Positions 26,801 to 40,627 of a DNA stretch of 64,000 bases are shown one piece after another. This stretch comes from Pecten maximus (lineage: Eukaryota): the NCBI RefSeq assembly GCF_902652985.1, contig NC_047016.1, positions 29,202,001 through 29,266,000 of the forward strand. The letters are read 5' to 3'. The first letter of the stretch is position 1. Each line of letters opens with the position of its first letter. Below the pieces are notes generated by a model. That model was not told where the DNA came from. It saw nothing but the letters and a program-made list of their open reading frames with translations, and ran no database searches. A program made the translations under genes and the position numbers.

Positions 26801-29800
26801 TTTAATTCACCTGAATTTATTGTTTTACATCTTCGGTTTTCTATGGAAATGTTACATGAATTGGGATTTCATGAGTTAGCTGCACATTTAAATGCCGTCA
26901 ACTCAAATAAATTTTAAAAAAACATCACTTTTTCCATTGAAAGCACTATTATCGTAATATCCAAGTTAAAAGGCAAGTCTATTCATTCGGTGACGGCGTT
27001 TTGGAGTTTTTAAATTGGTTGTTTTATCTATTTGAAATATTTCATTGTAGTATTCTTTAATTTACATTTTACGAAATTTTCGAAATGCACATGGTTCATA
27101 TATATTGTTAAATTAACATCATCCCTGAAGTATTTCTGCGATTTTTTTTTTTTATTTATTTTTTTTTGAAAAACCAATTTTCATTTTTTTTTGTGATTTT
27201 CATTCATTTGATGTAGTTTAAGAATTCGGGCTTAAGGTTGTTATATTCTTTAATACGGGAAGTTGTCATTTCATATGTTACTTCTGTTTTATAACACTTG
27301 GTATAATGCACAGTCAAAACATTGTCACTAAATGTGTGACGTGTATATAATATGTGAATTTTACATAATCATTGTTAATTAATATTACCCTATAATGTAT
27401 CATTTTTTCCTACCTCCAATTTGTTTAGAGAAAATTTGATTGATGCTTCTGTCCAATACGTTTTTAATTATCAATCTTAATGTCAGTAGAAAAATAACAC
27501 AAAAATAACAAATAAAGAGTAAGAATTATTAGGTTAAAGTAATGTAAATATTTTATTCCAGAGATAATTCCTGGCGTTCGACTTATAAAAGTAAATATAT
27601 TTTACTGGATATCATTTGTTATCATAAATGATAATTTTTAAATGAATAATATATTCTATGAATTGCGCTTTGCATTCAAATCTAATTCATTTCTGTTTTT
27701 ACATGCTAATGCTTATACTGTTTAATATCGTATCAGGAGGTAATACGATATAATTTCTTAACGAAAAATTCGAAATACATAAGTAAATAAATAAATAAAT
27801 AATAACCTTTTTAACCATAACTAACAATATATTAAGTATATATCAAAATTAACAATGCAGTAAATGCATTTTATCATACTTGCTCTCAAGAGATCAGATA
27901 AGCCTCCTGGGGTCATGTGACCGACGTCATATTTAAATTATCCAGATTTTTTTTTACTTTCACAAAGCGAAAAGGGTCCACGTACCTAGTTTCCGCCTCA
28001 ACGGCATCAGATCAGGGAGGATGTAACACGCAGACTGCCAGTTGGTTTCCACGTGGATTATAACCGCAGTAAATATCCAGATTCTTCATATCAAACGTTC
28101 GACGCACTTAACTGAAAACAAAAACAAAAACAAACCTAAGTCGTTTGGTTGTTTTGCTACTTTAGGTGAAACATAAATTCCATGCAGATGTGGAAGAAAT
28201 TGTTTTAATTAATGTTTCAACGAGGATGAGTGTTAATGGACTTATACACATTCCTTACATATAATAAATATGTACTTCACAACAACACAAACATTTGTAT
28301 TCCCATGTGGAATTCTTATGTAATCCATTGCGTAGAAATGCGTAGGTATGTTGAAATCAGGACACCAGTTTTAGAATAGAGATGACATTTCTTGCAAAAC
28401 GAGCTCTGTAGTAGAACAAAACAGCTATACTGTTTGTTTTACCTGGTGAATGCATTTTCCCATTTTTTTGACAATTTTCTTTTAAAAATTCATGTACATT
28501 AAATCCTCTAATAACAACATTTGCCTATATCACTGGGAACAAAACTGCGGACATACATGTATTGTTTACACAGAAATGAGAATATATCCTCGGCCGCCAC
28601 AGTTTCAAGTGAATAGTTGGTAAATATTTTGGTTGTTCCTTCTAGGCGTTTACATGGAAGGGTACTGAGACAGTGTAGGGTGTATGTCGACATTTCTCTC
28701 TATAAACCAGCCGAGAGCTCCCACATAAATCACAGTCCTAACGGCTATCTAATAGTCATACGGGTTGTTAGCTGAGCCCAAATGACTTTTTCCGTCGTCA
28801 CTGGGAAATAAACTATTATTCTAATGAATGAGGGAGTAAAATTCAAATTTAATAAATCACCCTGCCCCTCTTTCCATTCTCTTAGAGTGAATATTAAAAA
28901 CACCTAGGTCGCCCTTGGTGATTTCTCTTTCCCAAACCCTGGTATTTCCTCTCTTCTCAAACAAGCCCTGATATATGAGGATAGCCGCTTTTTTACTACA
29001 GATGTAATTTGTAACCACTTCATAAGGGCCATTCATTGGTTTATTTCGATATAAAAATCACCATTTTATGTTGTTTAAATGGCCAGGCCTATAGACGCTA
29101 ATCACATTTCACATTAGAAGACAAATGATCTAAATATACATCGTTACCATATCTCGTCCGAGCACCCTCAGAAGCCAGACTATCCCGCTGCGCCACTGGT
29201 ACCACATCATGGACACTCGAACTTACTCAACGATATAACATGGTAACTTGCCGACCGTGGACAAATGGGATGAGACCTTACGCCATTTAAAGAGTTAGCT
29301 TTGATTCATAACACATTGGTTCGTGAAGAAATAAAAACACGTGCTAAAAAGCATGTGTGTTTATATCTGATACATTAAGTCTAGATTTATAGGGGAATAA
29401 AATACAAGTAACGTGTTGAAAGACAGGAGCCACAAGTATGGCATTGAACGTCTTATCGCCATAAAGGACCTGTAGGGCAGACTCGAGAAGACATGCGGCC
29501 GAAGGTGATCGCATAATTGTTACTGTAGAATTAAGAAGAAAAAAATAGCACATGAATGTGTTCCAGCTATTAATCATCTGAACTTTAAATAAACTATTTT
29601 AGATGTAACTGATTGGTTAATGGAAACCTGTCGGGTTTGACCTTGTATAAATAGGTGACGAAGTGCGCCCAGTTTTGACCATTCATTTCCCGTTTAAATA
29701 TTCCAAATGTGAACAAAAAGTCTCTGTGTATCTTAATACAAACAATGCAAGTATATATGCACGTTTCTTTATCTATCCTCACAATATGTACATAGATGTT

Positions 29801-31359
29801 AATCCGAGTCGATTAGTGCGTACCAAATAAAGCAGACTAAGAATTTTTTTTTTATCATGAATTAAAACATCGTTTATTACTGTTAAGCGATGCATTACAT
29901 CAAACATTTATCAATAAGATGGTAAACTTACGTACAAAGTAAAAGACAAGGGAATAAATATACCGGGGTAAACAAACAGGAATATGATTCTGAGCTCGTT
30001 TGGAACAATTTGACTTTTATTTGATATTGCAGAACATCTCGTGTATTCGCAGTGTAATTGGTAAAGAAATGTCATTGTAATTACAATTTCTCTTCATGAA
30101 ATATTTTTATAGTGCTTTGACACATATATTATTTAATGACAAGTGTTTGGTACTTTCAATATTCCATGTGAATATTGATATTTGTCCTGATAAGTATTCA
30201 TTTGGGAAATAAACAAAAAATAAAACCTGAAATAATCTTTATGGAAGTATATACTTACACAATTATTGTAATGTATTAATTGATATAATACATAATTAGG
30301 ATGCACGTAGATATTAAAGAGACAAAATAGATATTTCAAGAATGATGACCATACCTTTATTTCATGTTTAATCACTTTAATTTTCAGAAAAAACAAAACA
30401 AAAAAACTGAAATCCAACATTTTAAAATCAACAACACTGTCAGATCTAATAAATCATACATTAAAATCTGATCATCGGAATACCTGTCGTATCAAGATCA
30501 TTAATTGGTAATTGACATGCAACCGACCATATGTTGATTGACTAGTGCTTTTAACTGTTGGGCAATTTTTGAATATTACGGTTTGAATTGATTTTTGCAC
30601 ATTTGTCAGTGTCTGAGATATAATTTGGATTTTGCAGGATAAAAATCAATTGCTGTTTTAACCAGCATATAGACATATTTTGTAGCGAAATTCCCATTTA
30701 AATATGAAGGACCTTACTAACTCCTAAAGGTTAGAACATTCATAGGACTAGTTGGTGTTCAAATAATAGTAAATAGATTCTGAAGAATGTATTCTAGCTA
30801 TGCCATTGCACCGCCTTTAATTATATGATATTTTGCAAAGATCAGCATTCCACCAATGTCACTTTACATGGAAATTACAGGGAAATCAACGAACAAAATA
30901 TTCACTTACAGAAATGGTATTCATGGGGATCATGGACGTCTTTCAATTATAGGAACTGTGAAAAATAACAAAGTTGACGGGTAAATGAATGGTAATTATC
31001 GATTTCATTTAGACTCAGAAAAACTTCCATATGTTAAAGATGTACTTGTATGTTCGACCTAAAGAAATTGGTAAGATTCCGTTAGCCGGCGAAACTTTGT
31101 ACTTTGAAGAGATAATCAATGACTTCCATCTGTGTTGACGTTCAACGGGTCTAATATTAGTTAGTGTTTCCCTTGAGCGTTTTCCCTAACAATTCACCTG
31201 CCTCTTTAAATTCCTCCTTAACCCATTACAGTATTGTGTCTCTGCATCCTACACAGTTATATCTGAATATATCCGCTTTCAACAAATACTTTCAGTCTGT
31301 CCATATGTCGGCCATTATAAACTAAATCAAGTTAGATAAACAATGTTCGCTACACCCTC

Positions 31360-31511
31360 AGCACACGTAGATCAGGCTGTACGGAGCTGGCACGCGTGTC
31401 CGCAGGCCGCCTGTCCGGCCGAGGTTACGTCGATAGTAACAGGGACAAAATGGTGAAAGTCGACTTTGATTTCGCCGCCGATTTACGCCTAATTACACAC
31501 ATCAGGTGAGG
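31360..31511 (+). promoter_or_regulatory. GC-rich island with candidate first coding exon (ATG 31450 to 31505, MVKVDFDFAADLRLITHI-, phase 2)
   Basis: CpG-rich segment 31360-31430, strong start context caaaATGG, open frame to a good donor CAG|GTGAGG at 31506. Confidence 0.3.
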
Positions 31512-34296
31512 AAGGTTGATGATATCATCGCCTGTCGCAAGGTTTGGTGTTAGCAATCGTTCTTTCGATAGATTGGGTGTCGACCTGTTGTTCGCATGGA
31601 TGGTCATCAGGGAACAGCTGAAATGCTCGCACAAATTCCACAGCTACAATCTTTCACCATTACAAATTTGTTCATGAAACAAAAACGATATTTATCACAA
31701 ATCTAGGAACCCATACAGTTCATTGAATTGAATATTGCATTTCGTACATTGCCTTAAATTTGTAGCTTTTAAAGGAATTATATTCAATATGAAATTTATT
31801 TTGTTTCTAGCTAGATATCCACAAATACTTGAGATTCGTGTTTGAATAAAGCTTCTGTTGAACAAAATTGTTTTTAAAAAAGTGAACTAAAACGTGATCC
31901 ATATGAATATTTTACAATGTATTTTATTTGACAGAAACGCGAGAATTATACCTGTCGCGTGCGCCATCTGTATCCCATTACATAATGCATCTCCATTGCT
32001 ATCATCTTTTTGATAATTTCACATTTTGATGATGTCGTATTAAAACCAAATGGACAATTTCAACATTTAAGCTAGAACCAGTATGTATAAATTGACATCA
32101 CGTAAGGAAACGACACCTCCAAACTGAACATCATTTCTAGGCATGCAAAATAAATTAACATTTTACACATTGAATAAACACAAAGTAAGGCTCAAAGCTC
32201 ATTTTCCCGTGACTTCACCATGTTCACATGGACGTATTTTACCAACGATGACCAGATTTGCGTCTCAGTTTTACTTTTGGCTTACATGTGGAGAACCTTT
32301 CCTGTGGGGTACTCAAGATGTCTGTCTGATGATTTCAACATCCACAAACAGTTTAAACACTTCTGTAACATAATCCGTGTATGATATCATAAAACATCAC
32401 AATGTGGCTATCACTGTGATATAGAAAGCCGAATTTTCCTTTGTAGATGACAAGCAAAGAGGATACCCATATTGTGTATAGGGTTTACCGCTGTTGGGGC
32501 ATATCGCGAACTCACTAGATGGCGTGCACTTCAGTGTTCTATGTACTTTGAAACTCTTTGACACGCCCAATGTTTCTGTCTTCCAACTCGCCGGATATTT
32601 AAAGACCGTCAGTCACTGCATTGCCTAGTTGCTACACTATGTTTAGTGTCATAATTATGTCGGCTTCATAAAGAATATTTTGCCGCCTTTTTTTTATCAA
32701 ACAACGCCATTATGATCGCTTTCACATAGAAAGTAAGCGGTCATTGCCAGTCATTCTTCTACGTCGAAAATCCTATCGAATTCAACAGACATTTCCAACC
32801 AAATATACAAAAGGAAATGAAATAATCCACATTGGTTTCATATAAACTAAAATAATGGAAACCTTTGAGGTAGTTACGCGCTGCTACAAACAACCTGTTT
32901 CTACTAAATGCGTTTGGCGTTTGATAGCGGATGCTAACTTTTATTGGTGCCATTACGAGTCGTATGCGGAAAAGATAGTGGACAACGAAGGAAGCAAGAT
33001 ACCAGTTAAGAAGTCAAAGTACATTGTATGTTAATTTGTAATATATTGATGATACAAAAGGAAAAAAAAACAACAAAAAAACAAACAAAAAAACAAAAAA
33101 AATGGGAAAATACACATGACAAAGATTTGTTACATATTGATTTATGATATTGATTTTCGTGAGGCGATGTCTATTTCCGTCGGTTTGAATTATCGATTTT
33201 ACGTTAGTTATAGCATTATGCATTAACCATCCCTTAAGGTCATTTTGGATGGTAGATCGCACATGTTTACAGTTATCCAGTTACTTTGCAAGTGATGTAC
33301 TAATGATACACAAGCTATCTTAGCTACCTTTGTTTGGAATACGAGACAAACAATTCCAATATCGGATGACCTGTATACTAAATATAAGAATCCGACTGGG
33401 GTAGCTTATCATAGCTCTTTCAAGATTGCTGATATATTCACCGGAATCGCCTTCTGTTCACAGTTCACTGCTCATGTTTATTACTTGTGTCGATTAGTTA
33501 TTCCTAGATACAAAATAATAAATTAAATTAAATATATTTTAAAAGATATTATCTTTCAACATAATGTAACTATTGTATTTTATTATATCACTCAATAGAT
33601 AATTGAAGACTTTGAAAATCGCAGACAAACTATACATTGCTTCTTCCTGACGCATCTAGTTTGAGCAGAAATGACACCAAATGTAGTTTTGGGTATATAA
33701 TGTCAAATCTGTTTTGATATAATCGCCCCGAATTAGGCTTCTCTCAAAAGAATAGTACATGTACCAGGTTTGTCAAAATTAGAACCTTTCAAGCTGTTTA
33801 TTACACTTTCGATATCACTTTCGATATCACCGTTTTATCTCCAAAACCAAAAAACCTTCATACAGGTAAATTTATATTTACAAAATACTAAGCAATTATT
33901 CTTGTCTTGAGTTTGGTACCATTCCAATACCATTCTGATATCATTCTGTTGTATCAAAAAGTGTCATTTTGTACACATAACATACATATTCATTGGGAAT
34001 ATGTGATTACCTTATATTGACAAAAAATAAGCAACATACCGTTGTATATATTGAAGGAAATATGTATGAAACATTCGAATATATCACACACATTCAGAAT
34101 CACTTTACAACAACACTAAAATCAACACTGATAATTTGAACTAGCGAAAGATTTCAGGAAAAATCCCTAAAAAGCGACATGATTGAGATAAATCCGAACC
34201 CCGTTGTTGACATCAAAATAGGAGTCAATAAAATACAATAATTATATTGAAGGTAAAAAAAAACAAGTTCATTAATGACGGTCATCCCTATTACTT

Positions 34297-34316
34297 TGCC
34301 CTTTGACCTTTGAACA
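34297..34316 (-). promoter_or_regulatory. Nuclear-receptor DR1-type triple half-site array overlapping TCF-like CTTTGA sites
   Basis: Minus strand reads TGTTCA-A-AGGTCA-A-AGGGCA. Nearby homeodomain-type motifs TTAATGA and TAATCC (34270-34395). Confidence 0.35.
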
Positions 34317-34698
34317 GCTACCAGCTAAATGTCAGAAAGAGACAGCACAATTAATGACGCCGACAGCATGTTATTGGTCCCCGTGGCTAATCCCGGGCAT
34401 GTGCGCGAGGCCATCTTGAATATTAAATTTATCTGTTTTGACAAATTGGTCCAATCGATTAGCCGTCCAGAGACATATCAGTCCGTGAATCATATCAATA
34501 TTTAAATGTAGAACTCCAGATGAAAACCGCGATAAACCGCATGCAAAACTAAATATAGATTGATAGGTTTATCCCAATCGTCCATTTTGAATGAATATAA
34601 TTACATTCGCATTAACGTTCTATCCGAGATATCCGCACAGCTTCCGGTAAACAAGCATTAGCAATGTTTACGTCCTCATCAATCATGTCCCGTTTCTG

Positions 34699-35461
34699 AT
34701 CGCATATAGGATCATACAGGTAATCTCTATCGCCTATACGATAATACAGGTAATCTCTATCGTATATACAATCATACAGGTAATCTCTATCGTATATACA
34801 ATCATAAAGGTAATCTCTATCGTATGTACGATTATACAGGTAATCTCTATCGTATATACGACCATACAGGTAATCTCTATCGTATATACGATCATAGAGG
34901 TAATCTCTATCGCATATACGACCATACAGGTAATCTCTATCGTATATACAATCATACAGGTAATCTCTATCGTATATACAATCATACAGGTAATCTCTAT
35001 CGTATCTACAATCATACAGGTAATCTCTATCGTATATACGATCATACAGGTAATCTATAGCGTATATACGATCATACAGGTAATCTCTATCGTATATACG
35101 ATCATACAGGTAATCTCTATCGCATATACGATCATACAGGTAATCTCTATCGCCTATGCGATAATACAGGTAATCTCTATCGTATATACGATCATACAGG
35201 TAATCTCTATCGTATATACGATCATACAGGTAATCTATAGCGTATATACGATCATACAGGTAATCTATAGCGTATATACGATCATACAGGTAATCTCTAT
35301 CGCCTATACGATCATACAGGTAATCTCTATCGTGTATACTATCATACAGGTAATGCCTATCGCCTATACGATCATACAGGTAATCTCTATCGTGTATACT
35401 ATCATACAGGTAATGCCTATCGCCTATACGATCATACAGGTAATCTCTATCGCCTATGCGA
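34699..35461. repeat. 30-bp tandem satellite/minisatellite, ~25 copies (ATCATACAGGTAATCTCTATCGTATATACG)
   Basis: Exact 30-bp periodicity with high identity between units; explains ORFs 34734..35045 and 34824..35060. Confidence 0.97.
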
Positions 35462-38400
35462 CACTTCTATAACAATTTAAGTTAGTACAATGTTTGTTAT
35501 CTTATTTTGACAAAACATATTATCAAGGAAGTTCCGAGGTGTTCCGATAGTATCCGCAAAACAGCCCCCACCCCCCTTGAATAAGGGACTTAATGCCACA
35601 TTTATGTTGCTATGAATCCATCTATGATATAAACCATAGATAGATACATAGCATAAACTGTGATATGTATAATTGTATTCATATTTTTATAACATTTAAA
35701 CTGTAATCGAGGCTTAGAACAATTTGATGGTCACGGAACATTATGAAATGTGCATAATAGAACATGCATACAAATCATAATACCTTTACAAAAATATAAC
35801 AAATAGTTCATGTATCCATGGATATTCATGTCTCAGTACTTCAGAACAGTAATGATCCATGAGACGCAACAATGTCTTTAACATGTCGGTGATAAAGACA
35901 GAGAAATACACATTAATCCCCCGATTGGCAGTTCACGTTCAATTGAAACACATACGGAAATAACACTAGGTCACCAAAACATAATCTAGACATATTCACT
36001 GACAGGCCAATTATAGTGTCAAATTAATTACCATTACTCACCTAACAGGGTATAACCTTGAAAAGTGTAGATGACCTTGACATCGACTTGACTATGGGGT
36101 ATCATGCATATCTCCCTCTGTTGCGATACGTGGTACGTACCAAAGAACTTCAGATTCATGAAGTCTGACAAATCCTCCGACGGTACAGGAAATGATATTT
36201 AGAGACAGATGCTGTTTGGAATTTTTCATTTTGCAGAGGCATATTTCACCCGCTACATACGGCAATCAATTGTGCCGGAGCTGCTTCGGCCATTAATGAT
36301 AAGGAGACATTGTCATAATCTTGTTAGACATGAAACCCTCCATCATTCTATTATGTACGAGTCATTATCACCTCCTGCTTACTCCGCACTTCGGGTTAGA
36401 GGCTAATTCTCTACTTCCTACTGTTTCTCACGCGGTGCTAAAGGCTTTCGACAAGAGAGCTCATCCTGCGAAGAAACTATCACGAGCGTTAGACATACAG
36501 CTTCACTAACGATACTGATATGTGGAGTCTCGTGTGAAATGTAAACCACAACACAACAAGTTAGAGTGATAAATAAAACAGACATTTATCGTAGAGTGAG
36601 ATTAATAGATACATGTCGCTAATGACAAAACTGCTAAATAAAAGTCGCTTTATCAGAGATTTTATAGCATTTCAAATGATTGGTATGGCTTTGTCACGAA
36701 TAGAAAATCTGAAATAACAATGCAAATAAGAACTGTTATCTTCAAAATTTGCATTTTCACTCTGCAATGTGGCCGATGAACAAATATTTACTTTCAAAGT
36801 GCCAGCAGTTGATCATTAATTGGATGGTTTATTGCTGTAAATACAAGATGTCCGCCTTGCAAAAATGGTGAGTGTGGAAAGCATGTCACATTTATTATAA
36901 TTGCTATTCACATCAGAGTTTGACTACTTTTTTCCAGGAGTCTAGATGTAAGTGCCAGTATAATTGACAAACTTCACATGCCACGGTGATTACCTTCTTA
37001 GGACTTCAAGATGTCTAATAGCAAGATTTGAAGTGTGTTGTCCGTATTTTAGTCAATGGCAAGACATTTCATATATAGAAGACGTATATGGCTTATTATT
37101 TTTTATAACAAAAATTAGAAATCCATTAGCAGTAAGTGTCGTGTTGTAATACTGACGGCTGTGAACTATTCAGTGACTGCGATAGAAGCTTTCTGTGTAA
37201 TTTTAGAGAACAATGCCTTACGGCATGTTTAAAGTACATAAATAATGCACAGTACGATTATAAAATAATATACAATAACTGTTAAATGTCACACTGACAA
37301 AGTTTTATTTCAGAATCTCTGATAACTTCTGACAAATAAAACCCGAAAACATTGTCACTTCTGCGATTTTCTGAAATTGCTTGTTGCTACTTTAGACAGA
37401 CTTTCTAGAGAGGGATAATATCAAACCCTGTTTAGTTGTAGTTTTTTTTTTACTGAATTCATAATTCATGATACGGCATATATACTGTATGTGCTATCTT
37501 GTATAGTACCCTTTGGGGTTGCTGGGTGGCTTGCGGACTTTAACTGTCATTGCTGTGCCTGTCACGTTTAAATTAGCACTGCTTCAGAATACAACTACAA
37601 TGTACAGTGTATGTTGCTTTAAACTAATGAGATATCTTTACAAAGACAGATAAAATTACGACGTGAATATACCTCCTCTGCTATAACGTCTCTTCGGGTA
37701 GATTTTGTTTATCCCGACTTCACTTCTAGATTTCCATACTTTTGGCGTGCAGGAAAAAGTGCACGGTGCAGTTTCTGTTGTTATTCAGTATATGTTGTAT
37801 CTGTTATGTTCTCTATTCAAAGATGCTTTCCACTTTTTTTCTTTATTTTTTCCCCCTTTGTGCAGTCCATTAAACACTCTTAAAGACCAAATCTAGGATA
37901 TTTTTTTGTTGATATTCTTAGTCTTTTCTTCTTTAGACCGTTCTGGTTTACAATAAAACATATCAAGCGTGACTCATATGCATACTCATTAGATACATTG
38001 TATATACATGTCAAGGTCCACTTCAATCAGAAACACGCTGTATATCAATGAAGCACAAAATTAAACATTTTATGTCGAATTACTTTAAACACTTGGCTTC
38101 GTTTCAATATTAAACACACAAGATATTCTGGATATATACGCGTGTATAATGCACATACATACACATTAATAAAGTAGGATTGTCTTTTTGATAAAGTTTC
38201 AATTCCTAAAAATGTCAAAATAGCTTTAGGAAATTCGAATATCATTTGAGACAATGACCGAGACGAATCCTGGTCTAGGTTTTGTCACGTTCTCAAATAG
38301 ACATTTTGTACCAGGATAGTAACAACGAAAACACCCAACGTTGTGGTCTCCAGTGGTCGTAACATGTATGGTTTATATCCAAAGAGAATACATCTTTTAT

Positions 38401-38936
38401 AGGCATACAATTCTTAAGTGATGGTAGTCTTATAGAGAATAATATAAAAGAAACTTATCTTATCGTCGCCAGCGACAGGATTTACCGGTATCCTAAATTT
38501 ATTTGTCTTTTAGACTATTTGAACTTTGACGACCATACTGTCTCATAGAAGGAAAACTGCTTGAAAGAGAAACAGGTTATTGTTATCATTACATTACATT
38601 TCAAATGCTTGGAGAAGGCTCACTCTCAATAATATTGTTTATATAGATATGGCACAATAAAATCAGGTCAGGCGGTTAAAAAACCATGATACACTGTTAT
38701 ACATAGCTAAAATAAAGGCATGGGTGTGAAGGGAAATAAGTTTAATATTCCCTCTTAAAACCAATGATTTGACATTCCATTACAGAAGGGTGTGATGTCT
38801 CTCCAAATTACTTTGACTAAAAATTCACTACATAAATATGATTAACGGTGATCATTAAAGTATGTTTGACTAGAAATGATCCGGGTCAATAGCATTTAGG
38901 TTTCCGCCATACTCCGTCGGTAGATCATCGGACAAT

Positions 38937-38956
38937 TCAAGGTCATTTGAAGGTCA
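38937..38956 (+). promoter_or_regulatory. Perfect DR5 nuclear-receptor element (RARE-type) overlapping a TCAAGGTCA (ERR/NR5A) site
   Basis: AGGTCA (38940-45) TTTGA AGGTCA (38951-56); TCAAGGTCA at 38937-45. Confidence 0.45.
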
Positions 38957-40627
38957 TAATCGGAGCAGTTTGTGTTTGTCAGAAATCCGATATCGTGTAC
39001 AATTCTGTTATTGTCATGATTGTATATCCAATTTGATGAATATTATACGAAAGGTCTCTCGTATGTTTTTCAGTGAGGTAGCCACTAGCTGCTTCAAGGA
39101 CACCACACAGCAAAATGTACCCACTTTACAGACAATCAAGAATCCGTCACACCTGCGATTTGCACTACGATGATGCACGTAGCGAAAAGTAATAATTGAG
39201 CACTTCGATAATCCAATTACAATACAAATGTATAACATTATTCTAGTTGCAAACTTCACCTCACGTACTTATACAGTTACAGAAACGTACCGGACATATC
39301 TATTAATAGTAAGACTCAGTGATCCGTTCAATCCCGTTACGTTTAAAACCGGGTCAAGGCCGAACTGGAGACAGTAGTTTGGACGGGTGCCACAGGACCT
39401 GTTACAAACGGGACATGGAGTCCGACCTTAACTGTTGTAGCCGTCACATGTACACTTGTACGCCCGGATATGCGTCTTTGGATACCAGTGGCACATAACA
39501 CGCACGAATTAAATTACTTGTTTGCTCGAGAAAATGGAGTACACTAACGGGTCCTAGATGTATGTACATGTATATACACACAGTCGAATAGTCGTCGTTA
39601 CCAATAATCATGTAAATAAACAATAATAACAATAAAAATTAACTCTCAAACTTCACTACTCAGTTATCAAATAAATACAAACAGATTTGTATTTTAGTTT
39701 TATTTCCCCCCAATTTCTGTAAATGCAACTTGAATAGAGCTACTGTTGATTTACTTTTTATTCGGATTTGAGCAAAATTTAAATTACATGAAGATATCAT
39801 ATAACCAAACATTACCCACACTTTAACCATATCTATTAAATCGTGAGAAACAAAAATCAAGATTTAGTTGGTGTTGTCAGCAATGTTGAAGAACATTCGC
39901 TGTGGAATCATGTCACGTGTTTCGAATCTACTTTTCGGGTTACAGTATATTACCAATCTGATATCTGACACCCTATGAATTAGACGATCATGTATGATAT
40001 GGATCTCCCAATCAATTTCAATAACCAGCTGACATGAACGTTAACGGTGTGAGTTGTCAATTTCACGCCTCAGTGTCTAGATGTAACTCCTCGGCGGGAG
40101 GAAAAAAGTCCCACTTCCGTAATGTTATAGCGTCGATATGTGTGTCAGGCATTCCCGCTCTTTTTCTCAATATATTTTTCTATCTCCTCGGCCAAACGAG
40201 TTACTTCCGGTTGTCTTCACCCGCAGTCGTGTTCAGCAGCTGGTTAGGGTGTTGATTAATGTCGACGATATACGGGAAATCTTCTCAATATTTCTATTTT
40301 TTGCTTGGCAAAAAGTCCAGTAGCTGGTATTTGATGTCAGTGTAGATCACTGAAACAGTTTACTAAAGTTGCTTACCCAAAATCTCTACATATTTTAACG
40401 GTCGTTTTTAGTTGAAAGGGCGTTCGGTTGATACTGAACCGCTCATACATTATGTCGAATATTGGATCAGTCCGATATATATACATGGCAATCATGATTT
40501 GATTTTGAGATAAAAAGTTTTAAATATGCATTTCAAAAAAGAGAGGCTGATTAAGACAGTAAATTAAGAAAAATCTTCATTATCATATGTGTTTTATAGA
40601 GGTCAATAGGAATTAACATCAGACATC

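Noticed and set aside
31560-31615. Hammerhead ribozyme core (CTGATGA) on the minus strand
   Set aside because: No stem II or correctly placed GAAA; the other CTGANGA hits I checked also lack the core geometry.
34734-35060. Repetitive ORFs MIVYTIEITC / YDHTGNLYRI
   Set aside because: Artefacts of a 30-bp unit that is a multiple of three.
39350-39550. Sushi/CCP-like fragments (NGTWSP..AVTC; YTCTPGY)
   Set aside because: The motifs are in different, overlapping frames with wrong spacing, cysteines are missing, and there are no convincing splice sites.
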